Source of the DNA: Mantamonas sphyraenae STR306
Taxonomy: Eukaryota; Protista; CRuMs
Length of the DNA: 64,000 nucleotides
Reading direction: 5' to 3'
Assembly: GCA_026936335.1 (NCBI GenBank)
Contig: JAPMXV010000040.1
Location: 124,001 to 188,000 of the forward strand
In this document: in pieces, positions 42,401 to 51,544 of the stretch
Numbering within the stretch: the first letter of the stretch is position 1
How the letters are laid out: each line of letters starts with the position of its first letter
Notes under the pieces: generated by a model
Told to the model about the DNA's origin: nothing
The model's database searches: none
What the model saw: the letters and a program-made list of their open reading frames with translations, nothing else
Made by a program: the position numbers and the translations under genes

Positions 42401-45400
42401 GCGTGCGTGCCTCTTGTACCTTGCGTGCCATATCTGCTTCCCAGTTCATCACCGTCTCCAGCGTGTTGTCGCCTTCCGTAGCAGTGGCCGATCCTTGAAA
42501 GATGCGCAGTTCCTCCAGATGCTTCTTGCGCAGTGCCTTTTCGCGTGCCTGTTTTTCAAACTGCTCGCGCATGTCATCTTCCATCATTTCAAACTGGGCC
42601 TTTGCAATCTCGCGGCTCTTGATGCGGTCTGCGCGCACGGCCTTGAGCATGGTCTGGAAATCGGGATGCTGGACAATGGTACGCATGACTGTGATGAGCA
42701 CAAAGGCAGTGATGTCCAGCAGGGCACCATGGACGGTGAACGCGCTCCCATCGGAGCGGTTGAGCTTGTGCAGGCCCAGGCGCGGGATGCCCAGGTGGCC
42801 CACAAACGGGGCCTGATAGAACAGCTTGACCGTGAGCATGACGTACGTGAACACATGGATGTAGCGACACACCAGCAGCGGGTTGGTAAAGAACATCCTG
42901 TTCTGTTGAATGAACATCAGGGCGCCGCAGGCGTAGATGGCGCCGATGTACGTGTACGTGACGGTGCCCATGAGGAAACAAACCCAACAGATGGTGGGAA
43001 ACAGATAGCGCACAATCTTCTTGCGCAGCCATGAGCGGTGGTGCTCCTTGAGATGACCGTGCTTGTCGTACACCTCCTGCAAGGCGGCATCCGGGTGCTT
43101 CGGATGAGCAAACTTGACCTGCTGCCCCCAGCACATGAGGACAACGAAAAAGTCGGACAGGAGCTCGGTAGGGGTGGAGTTGTGCAGGCCGAGCCAGTCG
43201 ACGGTCTCGCTGCTCTGGATGTGATGCCAGGGCGGGTGGATGGGAGAGCCGGTGGCGTTGAGCAGGAGCACAGAGTACTGCCACAGCAGTGAGGTAAGGG
43301 AAAGGAAGCAAAAGCCAATCCAGATGCGTTTGATGGTGTTGCGTTTAAAGGCAACGCAGGCACCGCCAAAAGACAGGTTGATCAAGCCGATGAGGTCCAT
43401 GCGTACGTAACTGGCGACAAGCACGGTGAGAATGACAAACTCAAAGCCGTAGCGATGGAAGAGTTTGCTCACTCGTGTGAACAGGCGCGTTTCCTCCAGA
43501 CGAGCCAACTCTTGGCGCGAGCGCGTGCTGTCGCGGCGCAGTGTGGAATTGACGATGGCAAAGAGGAGCACGAGAAAGTCGGAGCGGAAAGCGTGCCAAG
43601 GGGTCGGGTAGTGCACGAGTCCGATCCAGGCGTCGATGAGGCCCGGATTTTCGTGCATGCCCTCAAACTGATAGACGTACTTGGCGACCATGATGGCCTG
43701 GTAGACGGAAAGGATGACCACCATGCGTGTGCGAGACAGGTGACGCAGAGGAACGCTGAAACAGGCCATGAGGACGACAATGGCCGAGAGTACAGACACG
43801 GAGCGCCAGTCGGTGACACCCGAGTAGAAAAGAAAGAAGAGGACGAGACGCGGGGTGTTGATCTCGAGCAGCCAACGCACAAACTGGATGGCGTAGGCGA
43901 TGCGCTCCCACGTGTCTGTGTCCTTGTCCTTGTCGGTGACCACCCATTGGCGAACGAGTTCGACGAGCTGGCCCGTGCTGTTGCGCATGCGGCGCATGGC
44001 TTGGTCGCGCTCGAGCAGCCGCCAGTACAGGACCGAAAACACAAAGACGGCAAGGTCGCCGGCAATGACGGGGTCAATCTGGCCCAGCGAGAAGCCCTTT
44101 GTGAGCCCGATGCCGAGATCGCCCGGTTCAAATGCACTGCCGTTTGCAGAGAGCGAGGCGGCGATGCCCCTGCTGACCACAGGGAACTGGAACACGTAGC
44201 GCATAAAGACGACGACGCTGGAGAGAAAGATAAACACAGGCCAGACGTGGATGAGGATGGGGCGCAGGTGGCGGTTGGCCTCGTGAAAGACGACGAGCAA
44301 GGCGCCCATGACGAGGTGGATGAGGCTGAGCACATTGGCGCGCAAAATCATGGGCACCAAGAGGAGAAGGAGGATGCATGCATAGAGGAGAAAGGCGTCG
44401 CTGAGCCATGCGAGCAGCTTGCTGAGTTTGTCAAACCAGACGGCTGCTTGCCAACGAGATCGGTCGCGAGCCGAGGCTTTCTCTGTTGCGGCATCGCGAT
44501 CATCGCTGTTGCCACTGTCTGTGGATTTAGGCATGCGGCGGGAGCGACGCGAAACGGAGGCCATAGCGGCCTGAGCAGGCGCGACGTAGCCGGCCGAGTG
44601 TTGGAGGAGAGTGTGTTCGACGTCGTCATCCCACGCGTCGGCACTGAGAAAGCGAAAGTGGCGGCCACTGCTGTCTGTGGTGCGCAGAGTGTCGTAGGTG
44701 CGTCGCATGGACTGAAAGGTGGCACTGCGAAAGGTGTTGAGTTGGACGGTGGCCAGAAGGAGGATGAGGAGTTCCCAAAAGATGCCTGCCCACAGGGTGG
44801 TGAAGTGGTCCAGGCCAATGTACTCGCTGACCTCTGTGTCCTTGAACCAAACCAACTGCCAAATGATGATGGTGACGACGACAGCCTGGCAGTAGACGAC
44901 GAGGCCGAGCCAGGTGCGCTCGGCAAAGTGTGGGAAGCAGAAGAAGAGAAGGCAAATGAAGAGAAAGACGGCGTTGAACACGGTGACGCGCTGGATGACG
45001 CAGAGGATGAGGCCGAGGACTGTGGCGCGAAAGGCGTGGACGACAATCATGCCCACAAACCACTGTGCGAGCATGATGAGGAACTCCTTGGCGGAGCCGA
45101 GGAAGGAAGTGAGCGAGTCGAGGAAGCGGTCAAAGAGGCCAACTTCCGACACGCGGCTGGCGGCACTGTTCTCGGTGGGGTCGATGGAGACGTTTGAACG
45201 CGCGTCATCGTCTTGGCTATTGCCTTCGCCGGTCATTTCCTTCCACCACTGCGGCGCAGCGGCCTTGTCGGCGGGTTGGGGCAATTGGTGGTCGCCATGC
45301 GGACCGAAGCCGTCGTGGCGGCCGTAGCGGTTGGCAATGGCGAGGATGATGGCGCCGACAAGCTGAAGGCCGATTGCCAAAAACGGGGATGCCAGGCGGC

Positions 45401-47114
45401 GCAGGCCAAACTGTTGGACGACAATGCTGGGAGCGACGACGTCAGAGTCCATGTTGACGATGTCCTGGAGGAGGATAAATGCGAGGACATAGGCGACAAT
45501 GGGAGCGAGGAGGGCGTGGACAAAGTGGTCGTCGACGCGAAGGACGGCGACAAAGGCAAGGAGGACGAGTGGGAGGGTGATGAAGCCCGGCAGCGAGACG
45601 CCCCAGATGATGAAAACCACATAGGTGATGTTGAGGGTCTGTTGGCGAGAGAGGGAGGCAAGGTAGGCGAGGATGGACCAGGCAAACTGGACCTGGCCCT
45701 GCTGCTTGGCTGAGTGTGCATAGGGCCTCTTGCTAGGGCTTGCGTCACTATCGCTGCGGCTTGAGTCACTGTCGTGTGCAGGGTGGTCGTCGTCGGCCAC
45801 GTCTGCAGTGTGGGAGGAAGCGTCGCTGCCTTTTCGATTTCTGCGGCGAGCACGAGGCACAAGGAGAGTGGACTGTCGGGGGGCCGCACTGCGCACAGAG
45901 GAGGAGGAAGCGGCATGGGTTGTCTCCATATTTGTTGCATCGGACGAGGAGGCGCCGTTGTCCTCGTTGAGGCGAAGAGAGGGCACGGTGGGAGGCTGGA
46001 AGGAACCGGCAATGGCAAAGTCTGAGCGTGCAGAGAGAGGACGTGTGCCTGGGTCGTGTTGGGGGTGGGAGGTAGCAAGGAGAGGCTGTGCGAGGTCGTT
46101 TGCAGTGCTGGCGGTCGTGAGGAAGCTGTCGTCTGCGGGAGGGGCTTCTCGTGTGGGTTTGCGAACCCGACCGATGGTTCGAGCGTACACACCGAGGTGG
46201 CGCATGCGGCGGTACATGTCGAGACGGGCGCGCTTCTGGCTCTGCTGGAACTGCACGTTGACGACAAAGAGGGTGAGGACGGAAAAGAAGTTGAGGAGTG
46301 CCTCGAGGTTGGAGGTGAGGCGGTCGTTGACAAAAAAGCGTACGACTCCGATCCACGAAGGGAGGAAGTGGTCGGACTCGTCAAACTGAGAGACGTAGAC
46401 GAAAATAATATGGGTAGGGCCGAGGAAAAGGTGTGCACGAAGCATGTTGCGGCGGATGCGAACAAGGCTGTTGTGTTCGGTGGTCCAGAGCCAGAGGAGG
46501 ACGGCAAAGACGGTGAGGTAGGCGAGGGAGAGGAGGGACGGCAGCGAGGCAGCAGCGACGCCAAGGAGGGAGAGGAGGATGGCAGTCCATGTGTTTGAAG
46601 AAACGCGCGGGGTGCTCGTGTCCTCCTTGGGGCCGTTGTCGGCCTGTGGATTTGTGTGCAGATCGGCGAGGGTTGTGCGCTTGACGGAGTAAACGAGGAT
46701 GGAGTCCACGGCGCGGAGGGAGTAGCGGCGCAACAGATAGTATGAAGCAAAGCTGCAGAGGAGGGCGAGGACGTCTGTGAGGACGTGGCGGACGTTGTTT
46801 GCGAGGTGTTTGTAAAAGCCGAGACCCAAGTGCCGGATGAGGTCGTGGTTGGCCGGTATGACGCCCTGGACTTCGAGGATGCCTGTGACAATGTGTGCCA
46901 CGATGGACGAGGAAGAAGAGAGACTCAGGAGGTGTGTGATGCGAGTGTAGGAGGCGAGACGGGGTGCTTTGCGTTCATGCAGCTGGACAGCGACCATGAG
47001 GATGAAGCAGAGCATGTATAGGATGGACGAGACACTGAGCTTTGTGCCGGCACTCACTAAAATGGTAGCAGGGACGACCACCTGCATAAAGAAAGCAGGT
47101 GAGCGGAGCTGCAT
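39411..47114 (-). CDS. PIEZO: Piezo-family mechanosensitive channel
   Basis: >2500 aa, many TM bundles; PFVYELRSLLDW...FFEWLKLEDIY, FLVWSPLLL, GVVGLYVGVVLSVGRF, YAARQDEDLMLEETLY...YRSP. Confidence 0.97.
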   Translation of the reverse strand: MQLRSPAFFMQVVVPATILVSAGTKLSVSSILYMLCFILMVAVQLHERKAPRLASYTRITHLLSLSSSSSIVAHIVTGILEVQGVIPANHDLIRHLGLGFYKHLANNVRHVLTDVLALLCSFASYYLLRRYSLRAVDSILVYSVKRTTLADLHTNPQADNGPKEDTSTPRVSSNTWTAILLSLLGVAAASLPSLLSLAYLTVFAVLLWLWTTEHNSLVRIRRNMLRAHLFLGPTHIIFVYVSQFDESDHFLPSWIGVVRFFVNDRLTSNLEALLNFFSVLTLFVVNVQFQQSQKRARLDMYRRMRHLGVYARTIGRVRKPTREAPPADDSFLTTASTANDLAQPLLATSHPQHDPGTRPLSARSDFAIAGSFQPPTVPSLRLNEDNGASSSDATNMETTHAASSSSVRSAAPRQSTLLVPRARRRNRKGSDASSHTADVADDDHPAHDSDSSRSDSDASPSKRPYAHSAKQQGQVQFAWSILAYLASLSRQQTLNITYVVFIIWGVSLPGFITLPLVLLAFVAVLRVDDHFVHALLAPIVAYVLAFILLQDIVNMDSDVVAPSIVVQQFGLRRLASPFLAIGLQLVGAIILAIANRYGRHDGFGPHGDHQLPQPADKAAAPQWWKEMTGEGNSQDDDARSNVSIDPTENSAASRVSEVGLFDRFLDSLTSFLGSAKEFLIMLAQWFVGMIVVHAFRATVLGLILCVIQRVTVFNAVFLFICLLFFCFPHFAERTWLGLVVYCQAVVVTIIIWQLVWFKDTEVSEYIGLDHFTTLWAGIFWELLILLLATVQLNTFRSATFQSMRRTYDTLRTTDSSGRHFRFLSADAWDDDVEHTLLQHSAGYVAPAQAAMASVSRRSRRMPKSTDSGNSDDRDAATEKASARDRSRWQAAVWFDKLSKLLAWLSDAFLLYACILLLLLVPMILRANVLSLIHLVMGALLVVFHEANRHLRPILIHVWPVFIFLSSVVVFMRYVFQFPVVSRGIAASLSANGSAFEPGDLGIGLTKGFSLGQIDPVIAGDLAVFVFSVLYWRLLERDQAMRRMRNSTGQLVELVRQWVVTDKDKDTDTWERIAYAIQFVRWLLEINTPRLVLFFLFYSGVTDWRSVSVLSAIVVLMACFSVPLRHLSRTRMVVILSVYQAIMVAKYVYQFEGMHENPGLIDAWIGLVHYPTPWHAFRSDFLVLLFAIVNSTLRRDSTRSRQELARLEETRLFTRVSKLFHRYGFEFVILTVLVASYVRMDLIGLINLSFGGACVAFKRNTIKRIWIGFCFLSLTSLLWQYSVLLLNATGSPIHPPWHHIQSSETVDWLGLHNSTPTELLSDFFVVLMCWGQQVKFAHPKHPDAALQEVYDKHGHLKEHHRSWLRKKIVRYLFPTICWVCFLMGTVTYTYIGAIYACGALMFIQQNRMFFTNPLLVCRYIHVFTYVMLTVKLFYQAPFVGHLGIPRLGLHKLNRSDGSAFTVHGALLDITAFVLITVMRTIVQHPDFQTMLKAVRADRIKSREIAKAQFEMMEDDMREQFEKQAREKALRKKHLEELRIFQGSATATEGDNTLETVMNWEADMARKVQEARTHKEEVEAEIERQRHKSKWQQFAHWIVSQDPWKRLDDYLWRKRRGTMSAHPNKRAGEEDEDVVALSDDDDRDSEEMSIKNTSTRGFPVDSDSGGDDDKESSTSSDNMSEGKGNEAKALLEAAFEEEVVYVDRPDAESVPEEGAGTTKTYGLMDVMQAMGHWLQFNSQLICFVLFIMVHTSDADVLSVMYPVAMLVYGVTRRIRTAGFWDVMLIYTQSCTMLKFFFQFGFVCACRSSDGLWRYTMACGPDVCHVPQATSTWSAELAMPRVIGLFKFEQSFFASTYWDLLLLAALCYHRHMRNKLGIDTLARLMDTHVRRAFERHQNRVRAMEAATAEDAAEDLMPSTRKGMALLDELFPSDASSHPSELWTASDMNENQSTASTARPVAPKLGQLGRSKGAASLNVGSSNSLFGSTEAGSRVPVRDWWAWLGYSGYKPGRDWYVWQFVIEFILFIYLLAFFPLYTDSNANGQGESLTDFVVNNRIPGPLVFAMLSQFGLLIVDRVLYLYRALALKTVVHFCMVITQHVLITFWLPDLARVAFANNIALRTLYVLKAIAMWLSAMQVADGYPRYTYGQFLMRYKQVEEMYAYIVYRSIPFVYELRSLLDWICTKTTMTFFEWLKLEDIYSQLYAIQCDRNYYKRYPRSRGDKVRADMKIGQGVAIFVALVFLVWSPLLLMSTGTPLMSKNLLIRTDVSCLLTGYPPLYQLEMAARITNTTESEVNVWQKQYEMPELGTEEGLENSQLLRMTQGSQYLWDISPTSYDSMMLRMSDPRPFELTTTLSFVRRGPPVSPVIKMSYSHQLNKKQRDSLFRILNETQELGSSDEVMVVPDLLPRFIEVPATGVPRPMSNRRDYTFNVTAYISLNQSSRGLPFWVIRQEPGPAFPGEDLTMVTLSARFPSGVVSQIASLGVVGLYVGVVLSVGRFLRLSLTGLGRDAMFTDLPDVTSLMQLCDDLYAARQDEDLMLEETLYHELLDVYRSPVLLMRLTGTWKDKYD

Positions 47115-47159
47115 TGCGTGTTGAGGTTTTGTTTTGTTGTGGCTTGGTGAGGGCGGCAA

Positions 47160-48649
47160 TCACCAGGGGTGGCAAACATCCAGGCCCCATTGCTCGTGGG
47201 CAGCACGTTCGAGGGATTCACGATCGTCGGGGTGGGCAATATCGATAAGGGCGCGAGCTCGCTGGGCGATGTTTTTGCCAAAGAGATAGGCAGCACCGTA
47301 CTCTGTGACGACCCAGTGCGTGTTTGCACGCGAGGTGACGACGCCCGCACCCGGCTTGAGGGTGCTGACAATGCGAGGGAGACCCTTGCCCGTGCGGGAC
47401 GGGAGGGCGATGATGGGCACGCCGCCGCGGCTGAGGGCAGCGCCGCGTTCAAAGTCAAGCTGGCCTCCAATGCCGCTGTAGATGTGTGTACCGATGCTGT
47501 CTGCGCACACTTGCCCACTGAGGTCGATTTCCAGGGCCGAGTTGATTGCGACGACGTTGTCGTTCTTGCGGATGGTGCTCGGGTTGTTGCTGGTTGTTGA
47601 GATGTCATGGAGGGGGGGGGGGGGGGGGGGGGTGCGGGAGGGTGTGAGTGGGTGGATGAGGGGGTAATCCGCGCTGTACACACGTACACAAAGTGGGACG
47701 AATCAAACTGGACGATGGGGTTGTCGTCGATAAAGTCCATGATGGCGCGGCTGCCCATGACAAAGCTGGTGAGGACGACGCCAGGACGGACGACCTTGCG
47801 CGAGTTGTCGACAGCGCCAGTCTTGATGAGGTCGATGACATTGTCGGCCATCATTTCTGTGTGGATGCCGAGGTGGCGGTGTTGACTGAGGTTGGAAAGG
47901 ACGGCGTCGGGGATGGCACCGATGCCCATCTGGAGACAGGCACCGTCTGGGATCATGCCTGCGATGACCTTGCCAATCTTGTCCTGCTCTTCGGTGCGCT
48001 TGCGAGGCTTGAGGAGAGGCAGGTCCTGGGTGAGCGAGACAATCGCGTCGATCTGGCTGGCGTGGAGGTTGCCTGCGCCATGGGTACGTGGAATGTTTTC
48101 GTTGACCTGGGCCACAACACAATGTGCATTCTGGGCGGCGACGAGGGAGGTGTCACAGCTGGGACCCAGTGAGTAGAAGCCGTGCTTGTCCGGTGGCGAG
48201 ACGCTGATGAGAGCAATGTCGACCTTGACGTGGCCGTCCATAAAGAGCTTGGGCACCTCGCTGAGGAAAATGGGCACAAAGCTGCCATTGCCCTGCTGGA
48301 GGCTGTTGCGTGTGTTGCCGCCGACAAAGAGGTTGTTGATTTTGAAGGAGTTTGCACACTCTGGTTCAGCATACGGGGCAGCACCTTCAGTGTGCAGATG
48401 GACGACGTGGACATTGCTGAGCTCTTTGTGGCGCCTGGCCATGGCAGCAGTGAGGGCAAGAGGCGTGGCGCAGGCCGTGTGCACAAAGACGGTGTCGTGG
48501 GACTTGATGCGTCGAACTGCCTCATCGGCGGACAATTCCATGGGGCGTGCGTCCCAGTCGAAGCGAGAAGCAAACGCACGGCGAGTTTGTGCGTGGAGGG
48601 CCGCTGCACATGTGGCTGCGGTTGTGGAGGAGGAAGAACGAGAAAACAT
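47160..48649 (-). CDS. Mitochondrial acetyl-CoA hydrolase/transferase (acetate:succinate or 4-hydroxybutyrate CoA-transferase type); intron 47687-47590
   Basis: Presequence-like MFSRSSS...TRRAFASRF; LQMGIGAIPDAV, LGIHTEM, AINSALEIDLSGQVCADSIG, SGIGGQLDF; the intron contains a G21/C21 run. Confidence 0.9.
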
Positions 48650-48771
48650 GGGGTGTGTACACAGCAGGGTGTTTTGCTGGTCGAGGGGGTGGAGGGGGGC
48701 GAGTGAGCATGAAGAATGGTGGTGGTGGTGGTGGTGATGATGATGGTGATGGTGTGTGCATTGCGTTGTGA

Positions 48772-50263
48772 TTACCACAGCTCGATGTAGTTGTCGACCT
48801 GGTCCTTGCGGTTCTGGGAGACGCATTCTGCGATCCAGACGACGTTGCGGATCTCTTGCTCCTTGAGCTTGACGTAGGCGTAGAAGACACCGTAGTTGAA
48901 CTGCTGGTTGAAGGCGTTCTTGAGGACCTCGACCTCATACTCGTGGAAAAGGTCATCGAGGCGGGTCTTTGCGTCGTCGTGGCCGAGGATGGAGGCGTAG
49001 GGCTCGTAGGCCTCGACAGCCTTGGCGACCTCCTCGAGAGACTCGGCTTTGGCCAGCTTGTCGGTGACGTGGGGATAGAGCTTGCCAAAGGACGGGTAGA
49101 GCTTGGCGCGGTCGTCCTTGTTGAGCTCCTTGGCAATGAAAGAGTTGACGGTGATGTTGATGGCGCGCTTGTCGGCCTCAAACTCGAGGAGCTCGCTCAT
49201 GACCTCTGCAGTGGTGCCGCCAAGCTCGTTGACGTAAGCGTAGAAGTCGTTGAGGTAAGCACAGCGGAGGGTGAGGCGAATGAGTTCGGTGGACACCTCG
49301 GTGAGGTCGTCCTCGGTGGTGCCGGACATCTGGAAGTACGGGGCTGTGTGGAGGAGGGTTACAAGTGAGGGCGGGAGGGTGTGAGTCTTGGGCAGGGAGC
49401 CCCGCAGAGAGCAAGGTGTCGCGGGGAGGAGAAAGCGTGGGATCGTCGCCGGGCTGGGATTTCCCTCCCACGGAGCGGGGCTGAGGCGAGAGGGGAGTTT
49501 TCCGCAGGCAGGAAGGAAGAAGGGCCAGTGTATGGCGGCTCCGGGGATATGTGTGACAAGGGAGGGGACGTACCGAGGGGCGTGTCTGCAAGGACCTCGT
49601 TGTAGAGCTCGGAGGCGGTGGTCGTGGCGGTGAGCGCATTCATGCTCTCAAACTTGCCGAGCTCGTGGGTCTTGGAAATCATCTCGCTGCTGTCACGGTT
49701 GTGCATGGTGGCCTTGATGAGGAGCATGACGTTGTCGATCATGTAGCTGTATGTGATGTAGTCGAGGAACTTTGCGAGAGGGTCGCCAATTTGGGCTTGA
49801 AGGAGGCGGAACTCGTCGACGAGTTTCTCCGTGCACTTGGTCTTGAGGGTGGCAGCAGAGAGAGGCGAGGGCTCGTTGGCGAGAAAGTTGCCATAGTCTG
49901 TGTTGGCCAGGTGGAGTTTCATGTCTGTGGGATGGGCGAGGAAGAGGTGGAGAGGGGGACAAGGGTGTGAGGGAGATTCAGGCGCGTGGACAATGGGCGC
50001 TTGGCAGAGAAAAGGGACGGGGACGGGAAGGACGGGCAGGGGAGGCTGAACAGGAGGACAAGCAAACAGGAAGGGGAGGTGGAGAGTAACGGACCATCGA
50101 TGGCGTCGCACTGGGTCAGGTTCTGGTAGTCGGCGGTGGTGAGGAGGCCGCCCTTGAAGCCGCGGACGAGGCCGTCAGCAAAGCCGTCGTCCATGTTGAA
50201 GGTGAGGGAATCGCCCACCGTCAACGCGTTGAGGCCCTTTGTGTAGTAAGCGGAATAGGACAT
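48772..50263 (-). CDS. ATP6V0D: V-type ATPase V0 subunit d (introns 50094-49925, 49573-49344)
   Basis: [67 protein letters not shown]. Confidence 0.97.
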
Positions 50264-50305
50264 GGGATGGATTGAACCGGAGATTTGTTGGGGAGGATGG
50301 AGGCG

Positions 50306-51495
50306 TCAGAGAACCTCGATGTCGAGGGAGGCCCGCAGGCATTCGAGGGATTTGTCGAGCATGGCTTCGGGCACAAGGACATAGTCGTCGTTGGCGGCGG
50401 ACATATAGTAGATGGGGATGCCATGGGCAGCAAGGATACAGGAAACAGGGGCGACCAGGGGAACGCCGCTGTCGCCCATGCCGCCAAATGTGACGCGGAG
50501 GACGCGCCAGAGGGTGTCGTTGACGGTGATACAGTCGCACACGTGCTCAAAGACGGCCACCTGGTCCTTGCTGCAAATGAGGGTGGCGTCTGTGTTGGAG
50601 ACGGTGTAGGAGAAGAAGACGTTGGGTTGCTTGTCGACAAAGAGCTGGAGGAGGGGGTTTGTGCAGGTGGCGAGGGCGTTGCGTTCAATGAGGACAAGGA
50701 CCATGTCGCCAGCAATGATTTCGAGGACCATGGATGGGAGCCCGGCCCAACGTTCGGACTGCAGCGAGTCGCGCTCGACAAGAGGCACAGTGCCGGTCTG
50801 AGATTCAAGGCCACGCAGACGATCCTTGAGGACGACCATATTTGCCTCGATGGTGTCGTAGGCGGATTCAAAGACGTCTGGGGAGGTGACGACGAGATCG
50901 GAGTTGAACACGCTGACATAGAGCAGGGAGAGGTCCTGAGGGGCAAGGGCGGCCACGAAGCCGGTCATGTCTGTGGGTTGAAGAGTCGGGTGTGGCACGA
51001 GGGAGCGTTAGGTGCATCGGAAAGGGGGAGAAAGGGGTTGAAAGGTTGGTTGTGGGCCCACATACCAATTGCTGCGGCGCCTTCGTGGATGTCAAGGGCA
51101 CAGAGACCCGAGTCGACGATTCGGACACGGTCTTTGTCGAACGTGTCTGCAGTGTCGTCGTCCATGAGGACGGAAATTGCGCCCTGGATCTCGTTGTAGC
51201 TGAAGAAGAAGGGTGCGTCGAGACGAGTGCCGGAGCAGCAGGCAACCAGGAGTAGGGCGCGGAGATCGAGGTCGTCACGGGACATTTGGCACATGCGCAG
51301 GGTGCAGTCGAGACGAGTGACAAAGAGGTCGTCTGCAGAAGCAAAGCCTGCGCTGTCGGTGCTTTTGTGGGAGGCGGCGGCGGCGACAACGGAGAGGCCA
51401 ACAACAGGGGGGGATGTGGACAGGGAGTCATCGACGTCGGCCGAGTGTGACTCGAGTGTGTCCGTGGAGGGCTCGAGCGGAGGATTGGAGGACAT
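50306..51495 (-). CDS. CASTOR/GATS-like tandem ACT-domain amino-acid sensor (intron 51065-50971)
   Basis: Two internal repeats FFSYNE..ISVLMD / FFSYTV..ATLICS and LAPQDLSLLYVSVFNSDLVV / LAAHGIPIYYMSAANDDYVLVPE. Confidence 0.75.
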
Positions 51496-51544
51496 GGGAT
51501 GGATGTGTGTCGCGGAGCGCAGGCAGGCAAAAAGCAACGTCATC

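Noticed and set aside
47612-47632. G21 run as a regulatory G-quadruplex
   Set aside because: Intronic homopolymer of uncertain length with no supporting context.
48650-48826. Poly-His N-terminus on ORF 47057-48826
   Set aside because: Intergenic (TGG/TGA)n microsatellite upstream of the likely ATG at 48649.
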